In this document: positions 51,311 through 59,938 of the stretch, in pieces
Numbering within the stretch: position 1 is the stretch's first letter
How the letters are laid out: every line of letters begins with the position of its first letter
Assembly: GCA_030765845.1 (NCBI GenBank)
Contig: JAVCDJ010000028.1
Span: 1 to 63,289 of the forward strand
Length of the DNA: 63,289 nucleotides
Origin: Candidatus Stygibacter australis
GTDB taxonomy: Bacteria; Cloacimonadota; Cloacimonadia; Cloacimonadales; TCS61
Direction of reading: 5' to 3'
Translations under genes and position numbers: made by a program
The notes under the pieces: model-generated
Databases searched by the model: none
Seen by the model: only the letters and a program-made list of their open reading frames with translations
What the model was told of the DNA's origin: nothing

Positions 51311-51408
51311 GGGGCAGACCTATGTGTCTGCCCGGGGTAGGAATTGGGGGTGGGGGGGGGGATAATAATCCTGATTAGAAGAGGGCAGACACACGGGTCT
51401 GCCCCTAC
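51311..51408. repeat. inverted REP doublet (REPIN-like)
   Basis: GGGCAGAC-N6-GTCTGCCC at 51312-51333 and 51383-51404; the second copy reads GTAG-GGGCAGAC-CCGTGT-GTCTGCCC on the minus strand. Confidence 0.85.
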
Positions 51409-51898
51409 GGAGTGGCGGGAAATTTCTCAATTTTCTCAAAATTGATAATTTATCTGTGGAAACGTTATAATAATAACTGAAAACAGAAATGAAGCTTGAA
51501 GTTGCGAATATTAAAAATAGTACACTTGTAACCCACAGGGAACCTACTGTAGGGCCACTGCCTTATATTTGAGGGAGAAAAATACAGTTAAAATAAAATA
51601 TATCAGGTAGTTAGGCGGAAATACCTGATAAATAGCCCAAATCAGGGAAAATAGAACAATTGATTAAGTTAAAGATACATGCTAAAACATAAAAGATATT
51701 AGAGAACAGTTGTTTAGGTAAAAAGGCACTAGTCAGATGCACAATTATGGGATGGAGATACTTCAAGTAAGCAACTTACTGCTGAATTATCAGGATATAT
51801 ACTTATTGTAATGTCAAAATATAACCTATAGGGATCATAAGACCTATAATACTAATAAAAAGTAATCACTTAGGTCATAAGATAGGAGTGATATTTGA

Positions 51899-53254
51899 TT
51901 AGAATTTCAGGGTGAAGGTGGTGGCTTGATAGGGTTTGGATTCTACTGAGATGGAGCCACCGTGGATACGCATGATCTGACGTGAGAGGCTGAGCCCAAT
52001 ACCTGAGCCATTTGATTTGGTGGTAAAAAACGGGATGAAGATCTTATCAATTACATCTTTAAGAATGCCAGCGCCATTATCTGATACCTGGATAGCTACG
52101 CGTCCCCGATTTTCCAGGAAAGCGCAAAGTTCGATTTTGGGATTTTCAGATCCTTCAACAGCATGACAGGAATTTTTGAGAAGATTTAAGAGAACCTGCT
52201 CTATCTGTTCCTGATCGACGGTAAGTTCCAGTGAATGAGGATCAATGTTTGACGTAAAGATGACATTTTTGTTTTTGATATCTTCATCAAGCAGATTGTG
52301 AATATTCTTGAAGATATTGCTAACTGGTACAATAGCAAACTTTGGTTTGGGGATTTTAGTCAGATTACGGTAAGATTCCACGAAATGAATTAAGCCAGTT
52401 GACCTTTTATTGATCGTGATCATGGAACTGCGGATATCGTCAATGGTTTCATTATCAAGGGGCAATGGGTTACCATCATCATCTTTTGCTTCATTGAGCA
52501 GATGATTTACAGTTGACGAAAGAGAGGCGATAGGGGTTATGGAATTCATAATTTCGTGAGTAAGCACTGAGATAAGTTTTTGCCAGGCAGCCATTTCCTG
52601 TTCTTCGAGTTCAGATTGGATATTTTGCAGAGAGACGAGTTTTATGGCTCTATCTTTGAGTTTAAATTCGGTAGCATACATGGCCAGCTGCATGATATTA
52701 TCATTATCAGCTATCTGGATGAGGGTGCGGTCACCAGTAGAAAGCGAGAGAAGAGTATAGGGTAATTTTTCATTTAATGGGGCAAGTTCCGAGATATTTT
52801 TCAGTCGATGCACCTGGAACAGCTTTTTGGCAGCATTATTGGTCATTTCAAGTTCACCATCCTGATTAAAGGCAATAAGTCCAATGCCTATGTGCTGAAT
52901 AACATTTTGCAGATAATGATAGTTTTCTTCCTTATCAGAGCGAATTTTCTGGAAATCGGCAATAACCAGGTTAAATACTTTTTTTAGTTCATCATACTTG
53001 GAACCCAGACCTTCAATCTGAAAGGAACGGGAGAAATCAGCATAGCGGATAGATTCCAGAAAAGTGGTGAGATATAGATTTATCTTCTGAATATAGCTGA
53101 AAAGTGAAATGAACTGGATAATGGTGGTAATTGCCAGAAGTACTGGTGTGATATGGTAACTGAGCTCGCTGATAGAATAATAAACTAGAAAAAGATTGGC
53201 AGAAATCAGTAAAAGGCGGACAATACAATTGAGTTTGAAGTTTTTATAGATCAT
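51899..53254 (-). CDS. sensor histidine kinase (NtrY-like; TM-HAMP-PAS-HisKA-HATPase)
   Basis: VLTHEIMNSITPI H-box, NLLKN, DNGAG, FIPFFTTK.NGSGIGL. Confidence 0.95.
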   Translation of the reverse strand: MIYKNFKLNCIVRLLLISANLFLVYYSISELSYHITPVLLAITTIIQFISLFSYIQKINLYLTTFLESIRYADFSRSFQIEGLGSKYDELKKVFNLVIADFQKIRSDKEENYHYLQNVIQHIGIGLIAFNQDGELEMTNNAAKKLFQVHRLKNISELAPLNEKLPYTLLSLSTGDRTLIQIADNDNIMQLAMYATEFKLKDRAIKLVSLQNIQSELEEQEMAAWQKLISVLTHEIMNSITPIASLSSTVNHLLNEAKDDDGNPLPLDNETIDDIRSSMITINKRSTGLIHFVESYRNLTKIPKPKFAIVPVSNIFKNIHNLLDEDIKNKNVIFTSNIDPHSLELTVDQEQIEQVLLNLLKNSCHAVEGSENPKIELCAFLENRGRVAIQVSDNGAGILKDVIDKIFIPFFTTKSNGSGIGLSLSRQIMRIHGGSISVESKPYQATTFTLKF

Positions 53255-54620
53255 ATCTTTTTAACCTTCTATATAGTGACGCACGGGTTAAACCAAGTTC
53301 CTTGGCTGCTGCGCTGATATTTCCGTTTTTTTGCCGCATCACTTTCTGGATAAGTGATTTTTCCACATCTTCTATATTGAAGCTGTCGATGCCAATTTCC
53401 TCATGATGCTGATCGGTAGGGGAGAGAATAAAATTATCAGGTAATAGAATCTGACAATCGCTCAGAATAACAGCCCTCTCCAGAGCGTGCTGAAGTTCCC
53501 TAACATTACCAAGCCAGGTGTAATCCTGGAGTTTTTTTAGGGCAGAACTGCTGATAGAGCGAATATCTTTTTTATATTTGTGAGCAATTTTGGGGAGAAA
53601 ATGATCAACCAGCGGTTTGATGTCATCAATTCGTTCTCTCAAAGGAGGAATTTTTATTTCCACGGTATTTATCCTGTAAAGCAGGTCACGTCGGAAAGTG
53701 TTTTCACTCACCATCTGATATAGTGGCATATTAGTGGCGCAGATGAGGCGTACATCAACAGGTACTGGATGATTAGCTCCCACGCGGGTAACCTGGCGAC
53801 GCTCGATCACTGTGAGTAATTTAGCCTGTAATGGGAGTGAAAGATTGCCAATCTCATCCAGGAATATGGTTCCGCGGTCAGCAACTTCAAAGCGTCCTGG
53901 TTTGCTGGCTTTGGCATCAGTGAAGGCACCTTTTGTGTGCCCGAATAGTTCACTTTCAAACAGGGTTTCGGTTATTGCACCAAGGTCAACTGAGAGGATT
54001 AGTTTATCTTTTCGGCTGGAATTACGATGCAGGGCTCGGGCAACAAGTTCCTTTCCAGTACCGTTTTCTCCCAGGATAAGCACATTTGCATCAGTGCCGG
54101 CAACTTTTCTGATCGTGTTAAATACTTCCTGCATGGGCTGTGAGCGTCCAATGAAATCACGAAAAGACCGATCTATTGTATTAGAGAGTTCTTTCTGCTG
54201 AAGACGCAATTTGCTGTTCTCTTCTTGCGAGTGTTTCAGCTTAAGAGTTGATGATAGTGTAGCAAGCAGTTTTTCATTCTGCCAGGGCTTGAGCACAAAA
54301 TCCACCGCACCACGGCGGATTGCCTGCACTGCCCTTTCCACATCTCCATAAGCTGTGATAAATATCACGATACTTTCTGGATTGATCTCCAATATCCGAT
54401 CCAGCCAGTGAAATCCTTCCTGACCACTAATCGAATCTTTGGTGAAATTCATATCAAGCAGAATAAGATCAAAATCCTCTGCTTCCATTAATTCAGGGAT
54501 ACGGTCAGGATTTTTTTCCAGAACTACTTTACCAACCTGATTCTTGAGCAGCAGCTTAAGGCTGAATAATATGTCTTCATTATCATCAACTGCAAGGATT
54601 TTGGCTGTCTTATCTATCAT
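53244..54620 (-). CDS. sigma54-dependent response regulator (NtrC family)
   Basis: REC LLDMNF; GENGTGKE, ESELFGH.KGAFTDA, FLDEIG, W.GNVREL, Fis-type HTH. Confidence 0.96.
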   Translation of the reverse strand: MIDKTAKILAVDDNEDILFSLKLLLKNQVGKVVLEKNPDRIPELMEAEDFDLILLDMNFTKDSISGQEGFHWLDRILEINPESIVIFITAYGDVERAVQAIRRGAVDFVLKPWQNEKLLATLSSTLKLKHSQEENSKLRLQQKELSNTIDRSFRDFIGRSQPMQEVFNTIRKVAGTDANVLILGENGTGKELVARALHRNSSRKDKLILSVDLGAITETLFESELFGHTKGAFTDAKASKPGRFEVADRGTIFLDEIGNLSLPLQAKLLTVIERRQVTRVGANHPVPVDVRLICATNMPLYQMVSENTFRRDLLYRINTVEIKIPPLRERIDDIKPLVDHFLPKIAHKYKKDIRSISSSALKKLQDYTWLGNVRELQHALERAVILSDCQILLPDNFILSPTDQHHEEIGIDSFNIEDVEKSLIQKVMRQKNGNISAAAKELGLTRASLYRRLKRYDL

Positions 54621-54703
54621 TGAAACTCCTTTTTAAGCAATTATCAGAGATCAAATCTGCGAAAGCCTTATACATGATAAGCAAATATTTCGTCAACAAA
54701 AAG

Positions 54704-54719
54704 TGTTCGTAAGCGTACA
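54704..54719. promoter_or_regulatory. candidate regulator binding palindrome
   Basis: TGTTCG-N4-CGTACA (5/6 dyad), ~85 nt upstream of the response regulator start. Confidence 0.4.
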
Positions 54720-54736
54720 GTAATTAAAAATACTAT

Positions 54737-55111
54737 ATTATCTTGTAAAAGCTGGCATCCCCCTGTTTTTTTATATATTCAGGGCATGTTTATAATAGAT
54801 AATTGACCAGATAAGTAGGACTTGCAGCGCTGATGGTACTCCGGAAGTGCGGCGAGAATTACGGGCAGTTATCAGTTGCTGTCTATGTATTTATCCTCAG
54901 CAGTTTTTTTATTCGCAGGAATGGGTGATAGTGGTCGTCATCTGCGCCGCACCTGTGAGTACACCGGCGCTGCACAATGGGCATTTATATCTCCGATGGC
55001 TCTTCGTTTCACCGGAGGCTATGCGTCTTTATCCCCTACCGGGGAATAATTAAAAAAACAGCTGAGATTATCCATTAAATTTCGGGGGGATGCTTAATTA
55101 TCTTGTAAAAG
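54737..55111. mobile_element. candidate MITE-like insertion bounded by 15-bp direct repeats and 9-bp inverted repeats
   Basis: ATTATCTTGTAAAAG at 54737-54751 and 55097-55111; GCATCCCCC (54755-54763) / GGGGGATGC (55085-55093) just inside; no transposase. Confidence 0.45.
54823..54974. ncRNA. candidate structured RNA/ssDNA: ~50-bp interrupted rod with a branched apex
   Basis: TGCAGCGC/GCGCTGCA, GTACTC/GAGTAC, GTGCGGCG/CGCCGCAC and TATCA/TGATA nest in register; GC-rich in an AT-rich context; family not recognised. Confidence 0.45.
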
Positions 55112-55114
55112 TAT

Positions 55115-55144
55115 TTGACAGTTTACTGCTATTTGGCATAAACT
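55115..55144 (+). promoter_or_regulatory. candidate sigma70 promoter of the PAS gene
   Basis: TTGACA-N18-TAAACT. Confidence 0.4.
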
Positions 55145-55180
55145 AATTTTGAAGGGTTTTTGGGAGAAAGTGAGGAGAAA

Positions 55181-56578
55181 ATGAGAAATACTGATCGTGA
55201 ATATTTGAAAATTATTGAGAATCCTGGAGATCTGGTAGTGATCACTAATTCTGATTACGAAATTATTTATGCTAACAAATCATATTGTCTTTTATTCAAC
55301 GAGACTTTGCAGGATATGGAAGGGACGCGAATATTTACTCGTGTGTTTTCAACAGATATTGAAAGGGTGAAAGTTAATCTTGCGATTCTAACTCCCGCGA
55401 ATAGTACAATTAGTTTTCAGGAAGAATTGTTAATAGAAGATAAAGCTATCTGGGTGGACTGGAATGTAAAGGGTTTTTTTGATAATAATGGAGCATTGCG
55501 AGAAATTATCGGTTCTGGAAGAAATATCACTGAAGGTAAGGAAAATGAAAACACTTTGGATCTATTCAAATATTCTCTGATGTATGCCCGGGTTGGTACT
55601 TACTGGCTGAATGAATCCAAAGAGCTTCATTATGTGAATGATTATGGTTGCAAGATGCTGGGTTACAGCAGAGAGCAGATGAATGAATTTAACTGGGAAG
55701 ATATCATTCCTGACAGTTATCAGGAAAATAAGGAAATTTTCTGGCAGGAAGTTCAAAACGAGGATTTTAAGAAATATGATACTGAACTTATGCGAAAAAG
55801 TGGCGAAAAGCTGCTGGTGGAGATATTGATCCATCATCAGGAATTTTCTGGAGTAAATTATAAATTTGTATTTATCAATGATATCAGTGAAAGAAAACAA
55901 TTAATGGAAAAGCTGGAATCTAATGAAATCAAATTCAGGAGTTTATTTGAAAATTCTCCCATTTCTCTCTGGGAGGAAGATTTCTCAGAACTTAAGCGTT
56001 ATTTAGATAATTTACCATTTGAAACCCCAAAAAACCTGAAGTCCTATTTTGATGAGAATCCAGAGGAATTATTTAAATGCGCAGAAATGGTGAAAGTGAT
56101 CAGAGTTAATACAAAAACCGTAGAAATGTTTGAAGCTAACTCAAATCATGAATTTATGATCTCTTTGAATAAGATATTCACGGAATACTCAACAAAGACA
56201 ATGCAGGATGAGATATGCTGGCTTTATTCCAATAAGGGATCATTTGTAGCAGAAACTGAGGAACTAACCTTCAATGGTAATTTAATGAATGTGGAAATTA
56301 CTGTTAATATAGCTCCGGGTTATGAAAAAGACTGGGAAAAAATATATGTAGCAATCGTGGACATCACAAAGCGGAAAAAAGTGGAAAACGAGTTACGAAT
56401 GCATCGTGACCATCTGGCAGAGCTGGTTGAAGAAAAAACAGCTGAGATACAAAAGAAATACAATGAGCTTAACCATCAGTTTAGTGTCATGGTGAATAGA
56501 GAATTCAGGATAAAGGAACTCAGAGACGAAATCAAGGAACTTAAAGAGAAATTAGATATATTTGAAAACCTTCATTAA
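55181..56578 (+). CDS. multi-PAS sensor protein without catalytic output domain
   Basis: Three PAS/PAC repeats (WVDWN...GSGRNITE; FINDISERK; FENSPISLWEEDFS...VDITKRK); ends in a coiled coil with NREFRIKEL; ATG 55181 follows GAGGAG. Confidence 0.85.
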   Translation: MRNTDREYLKIIENPGDLVVITNSDYEIIYANKSYCLLFNETLQDMEGTRIFTRVFSTDIERVKVNLAILTPANSTISFQEELLIEDKAIWVDWNVKGFFDNNGALREIIGSGRNITEGKENENTLDLFKYSLMYARVGTYWLNESKELHYVNDYGCKMLGYSREQMNEFNWEDIIPDSYQENKEIFWQEVQNEDFKKYDTELMRKSGEKLLVEILIHHQEFSGVNYKFVFINDISERKQLMEKLESNEIKFRSLFENSPISLWEEDFSELKRYLDNLPFETPKNLKSYFDENPEELFKCAEMVKVIRVNTKTVEMFEANSNHEFMISLNKIFTEYSTKTMQDEICWLYSNKGSFVAETEELTFNGNLMNVEITVNIAPGYEKDWEKIYVAIVDITKRKKVENELRMHRDHLAELVEEKTAEIQKKYNELNHQFSVMVNREFRIKELRDEIKELKEKLDIFENLH

Positions 56579-57078
56579 CGAAAGAAAAAATCTGTTGCCC
56601 AGCTAAATTGAATACCTGCATTAAGGGCACATTGCTCGTCAGTATCCCGGTCACCCACCATTATGCTTTTTGTCCAGTCAATGATAATCCCCTGCTGCCA
56701 GGCTTGAAGTTCGCACTGAACAAGCATTCCGATATCAGGTTTTCGCAATAAAGAACGGTGATTGTAGGGGAATATTTTTCCTCCCGGCATTTGGTAGCAG
56801 GAAATGATCATATCAAAAGGGTCATTTGTGAACAGTTCTCCAGTATACTTTAGTTCTGCTTCATTATCTTCCGGCGTTTTGTGTCCATAGGCAATTCCAC
56901 CCTGATTGGAGATACCGCAAATTAGGAATCCTTCATTTTTATAGCCCCAGATGGTTTCTTCTACGCCATCAAACAGGACTATATCAGCAGGACTATTGAT
57001 ATAATCTCCTTTCTTGCTGTAGCGGACAGTATCATCCAGATCAAGGCACAATGCTGGTCTTAAAACATAGTTTACCAT
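56575..57078 (-). CDS. HAD-IIIA phosphatase (GmhB/PNKP-like)
   Basis: LDLDDTV DxDxT, SNQGG, RKPDIGM, MVGDRDTD..CA.NAG. Confidence 0.88.
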   Translation of the reverse strand: MVNYVLRPALCLDLDDTVRYSKKGDYINSPADIVLFDGVEETIWGYKNEGFLICGISNQGGIAYGHKTPEDNEAELKYTGELFTNDPFDMIISCYQMPGGKIFPYNHRSLLRKPDIGMLVQCELQAWQQGIIIDWTKSIMVGDRDTDEQCALNAGIQFSWATDFFFR

Positions 57079-57088
57079 ATTACCTTCT

Positions 57089-57892
57089 TTATAAGTACTG
57101 CTTCATCTCTCTCCCGATCACACCAGCAGTGAGTTCGATATATTTCTTTACAGGGCTTGATTGGATCTTGGGATAAAGCACTTCTTCGATCTGGAAGAAA
57201 CCCACAGATTCAACCATTTGCACCTCTATTTTAATCGGTCTGATATCTCCTCTTACAATTTTTACCTTCTTGATGGCACTGGAGGAATATCGGTGAATAT
57301 CTCCACGTCGGGCAATATCAGCAAGTTTAAGAGAAATTCTTGCTCGTCCCTGCTCCATGTCGCAACCATCACCAATCAGTACCAGTCCAGCTTCCAACGA
57401 CTGGATTTTCTGGGTTGCCATATGTCCCAGAATACATTCCAGTATTATAGAGCGTAGGATCACACGCTTGGTCATATCATCTGAATAATAATTCTCTAAT
57501 ATCCGGTTAACTATCGGCAATGCTAAATTAACGCCCATAAATTCATGCTTATCTCGAGATACTGTCATGCCAATATCATGCAGCAAAGCGGCAATCAACA
57601 CCACTACCCTGCTATCGTCATTATCACCAATTCCCTCGCTTTTAAGATTAAGGTCAATGCCGGCATCAATCAGCAGATCGAGCATTGAGAGAGCATTTAA
57701 GGTTGCTTTGAGCATGTGCACGGGACCATGATCATTAAAGCCCAGCCGTTTGATCGACACGATATTAGCATAATCCTGTAGAGCCAGGATTTCCTCATCC
57801 ATAAACATATATTCAGCAATATTATGGGATACGCCACGTAGTTTTTTGAGAACCTGTTTTTCCATGTGGGTTTGTTTAATTGATTTTTTCAT
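57089..57892 (-). CDS. HD-domain phosphohydrolase
   Basis: GFNDHGPVH, AALLHDIG..V.R..HE, GDGCDM..GRAR. Confidence 0.88.
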   Translation of the reverse strand: MKKSIKQTHMEKQVLKKLRGVSHNIAEYMFMDEEILALQDYANIVSIKRLGFNDHGPVHMLKATLNALSMLDLLIDAGIDLNLKSEGIGDNDDSRVVVLIAALLHDIGMTVSRDKHEFMGVNLALPIVNRILENYYSDDMTKRVILRSIILECILGHMATQKIQSLEAGLVLIGDGCDMEQGRARISLKLADIARRGDIHRYSSSAIKKVKIVRGDIRPIKIEVQMVESVGFFQIEEVLYPKIQSSPVKKYIELTAGVIGREMKQYL

Positions 57893-57907
57893 ATTGTTTT
57901 CCTTTTA

Positions 57908-59785
57908 TTATTTTTGCAGTAATTCTTCCCATCTCAGGAGTAATTCTTCCAGATGGGCATCACAATCATCTTTTTCATGGTGTAATTCCATTAATTTCTG
58001 ATAATCGGTAGAATTTTTTTCCATTGCATCTACCATAGCCTGCCTTCTTATTTCCACTTCTTCAATCTCATATTCCAGTTGAGAGACCAGAAGAGGGTTA
58101 ACTTTGCGACTGGTCTGGGTTTTAGGTTTCGATGCAGCAGCCGGTTTATGAATTTGCTGATTAGCTTTCTGTTTTATTTTTTGACGATAGTAGTCATAAT
58201 TACCTTCATATCTTTTAAAAGAGGCATTCTCCAGAGCCACTACTGAATCAGCAATTTTATTGATGAAATAGCGATCATGTGAGATAAATATAATAGATCC
58301 TTCAAATTCAGCAAGTGCTTCTTCTATCATTTCCCGGGACTCAATATCAAGGTGATTTGTAGGCTCATCCAGCATGAGAAGATTAAGGTTGCTATGCATC
58401 AGAAAGCAGATACGCAATCTTACCTTTTCACCACCGGAAAGTACGGCAATTTTCTTGAAAACATCATCTCCACGAAACAGAAATTTTGCCAGGATATTAC
58501 GTGCTTCACCTTCAGTCATGGGAAATGCTTCCCGGAAGGTTTCTATCACGGTCGATTTACTGTCAGAAAACCTGATATCCTGTTCCATCACCCCTGGAAG
58601 GGTACTGGCTCCCAGCCTTATATTACCGTTATCAGGCTTTTCTTCCTGCAATGCCATTTTGAAAAAAGTGGTTTTCCCACTGCCATTACGACCGATAAAT
58701 GCCATTCTCTCTTTGTATTTCATAAGGAAATCTGCCTTCTTAAAAAGCAGCTTGTCTCCAAAACTTTTTGTGAGTTTTTCTGCTATCAGCACGTCATTAC
58801 CTGATCTTCTTGTTCCTGAGAATTGCATCTTGATCTTATATTTTTCCTGAGGTTTATCTATTTGCTGCAGTTCTTCTATCCTGGCTTCCAGTTTCTTTGC
58901 TCTGGCAAAATGAGCGCTATTATCAGGGTTGATCCTGCCCCAGATGCGATATCTCTCTGCTGCTGCTTTCATAGCTTTGATCTTCTTCTGGATATTTTTG
59001 AAATTCTCAAATTCTGTCAGTAAACGGCGTTCCTTTTCCTGACAATAAGCAGAATAATTGCCTGCAAACCGCATTGACTTTCCTGCTTCAATCTCAATAA
59101 TCCCATTTACCGTCTTATCAAGGAAATAGCGATCATGCGAGATGATCAATGCTGCTCCTGCATAGCTTTTCAAGTAATCTTCCAGCCATTCACTTGCGGC
59201 AATATCAAGATGATTTGTGGGCTCATCCAGAAGTAGTACATCAGGTTTTTCCAGCAGAATTTTTGCCAGCATTACCCGTGTTTTTTCTCCTCCACTTAGC
59301 AAAATAAAGGATTGCATCAGCATAGATTGCGGAATTTCCAGTCCGGTGCAGATCTTTGCCAGTTCCACTTCGATCTGATAGCCTTCCTGCTGTTCAAAGT
59401 CTGCCAGAAGATTGCCATACTCATTGGTCAAGGATTCCAGATGATCACCCCTGGCATCAGCCAGCTCTATTTCCAGATATTGTAATCGCTCTGCCTGCTT
59501 AAGTTGTTCTTTAAAAGCCAGCAATATTACTTGTCGTACGGTTTCAGTATCATAATTATCAGGTTCCTGCTGCAAATAACCAGCACGACAACCTTTTCGA
59601 AGAGTTATCTGCCCGGAATCTGCCCCTTCAAGTCCGGTTATGATCTTGAATATAGTGGTTTTGCCTGTGCCATTACTGCCCACCATACCCAGTTTTTCTC
59701 CAGTTTGTATATCAAAGGATATATCAGTGAATACTGGTTGGGTAGAAAATCTTTTTGCCAGTCCATTCACGCCGATTTCAATCAT
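57908..59785 (-). CDS. ABC-F family ATPase
   Basis: Two NBDs (GSNGTGKT/LSGGEK/LDEPTNHLD, twice), helical linker, C-terminal coiled coil; no TM domain. Confidence 0.95.
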   Translation of the reverse strand: MIEIGVNGLAKRFSTQPVFTDISFDIQTGEKLGMVGSNGTGKTTIFKIITGLEGADSGQITLRKGCRAGYLQQEPDNYDTETVRQVILLAFKEQLKQAERLQYLEIELADARGDHLESLTNEYGNLLADFEQQEGYQIEVELAKICTGLEIPQSMLMQSFILLSGGEKTRVMLAKILLEKPDVLLLDEPTNHLDIAASEWLEDYLKSYAGAALIISHDRYFLDKTVNGIIEIEAGKSMRFAGNYSAYCQEKERRLLTEFENFKNIQKKIKAMKAAAERYRIWGRINPDNSAHFARAKKLEARIEELQQIDKPQEKYKIKMQFSGTRRSGNDVLIAEKLTKSFGDKLLFKKADFLMKYKERMAFIGRNGSGKTTFFKMALQEEKPDNGNIRLGASTLPGVMEQDIRFSDSKSTVIETFREAFPMTEGEARNILAKFLFRGDDVFKKIAVLSGGEKVRLRICFLMHSNLNLLMLDEPTNHLDIESREMIEEALAEFEGSIIFISHDRYFINKIADSVVALENASFKRYEGNYDYYRQKIKQKANQQIHKPAAASKPKTQTSRKVNPLLVSQLEYEIEEVEIRRQAMVDAMEKNSTDYQKLMELHHEKDDCDAHLEELLLRWEELLQK

Positions 59786-59938
59786 GTTAAACTCCCATTG
59801 GCAAACAAATAATTAATCTTCTTAAGGGCAAGTAAAAAAAGAGAAAGAGTAACTGATTATAGACGGTTGATATGTGTATATAAAATAAAAATCTTTTAAT
59901 AATTCAAGTCTATGAAATTAAAATTCTATATCTGGTTT

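Noticed and set aside
54753-54767. Sigma54 -24/-12 promoter (TGGCA...)
   Set aside because: The -15 to -12 positions read TGTT rather than TTGC; TGGCA at 55134 also fails.
54826-54860. Hammerhead ribozyme (CTGATG)
   Set aside because: The core reads CUGAUGG rather than CUGANGA, and there is no correctly placed GAAA.
54823-54974. Assignment as 6S RNA or SRP RNA
   Set aside because: There is no central bubble followed by a long terminal arm, no SRP helix-8 motif and no ygfA/zapA context. Kept as an unassigned structure.
54985-55055. c-di-GMP-I (GEMM) riboswitch on the minus strand (GACGCATAGCCTCCGG resembles GACGCAAAGCCUCCGG)
   Set aside because: No upstream GGYAAA strand, no GNRA tetraloop or receptor, and it is far from a start codon. 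An Rfam scan would settle it.
57908-59785. Antibiotic-resistance (ARE) ABC-F
   Set aside because: The linker looks of ordinary length, arm and C-terminal extension resemble housekeeping Uup/YdiF types, and no leader attenuator was seen. A subfamily HMM would be needed to claim resistance.
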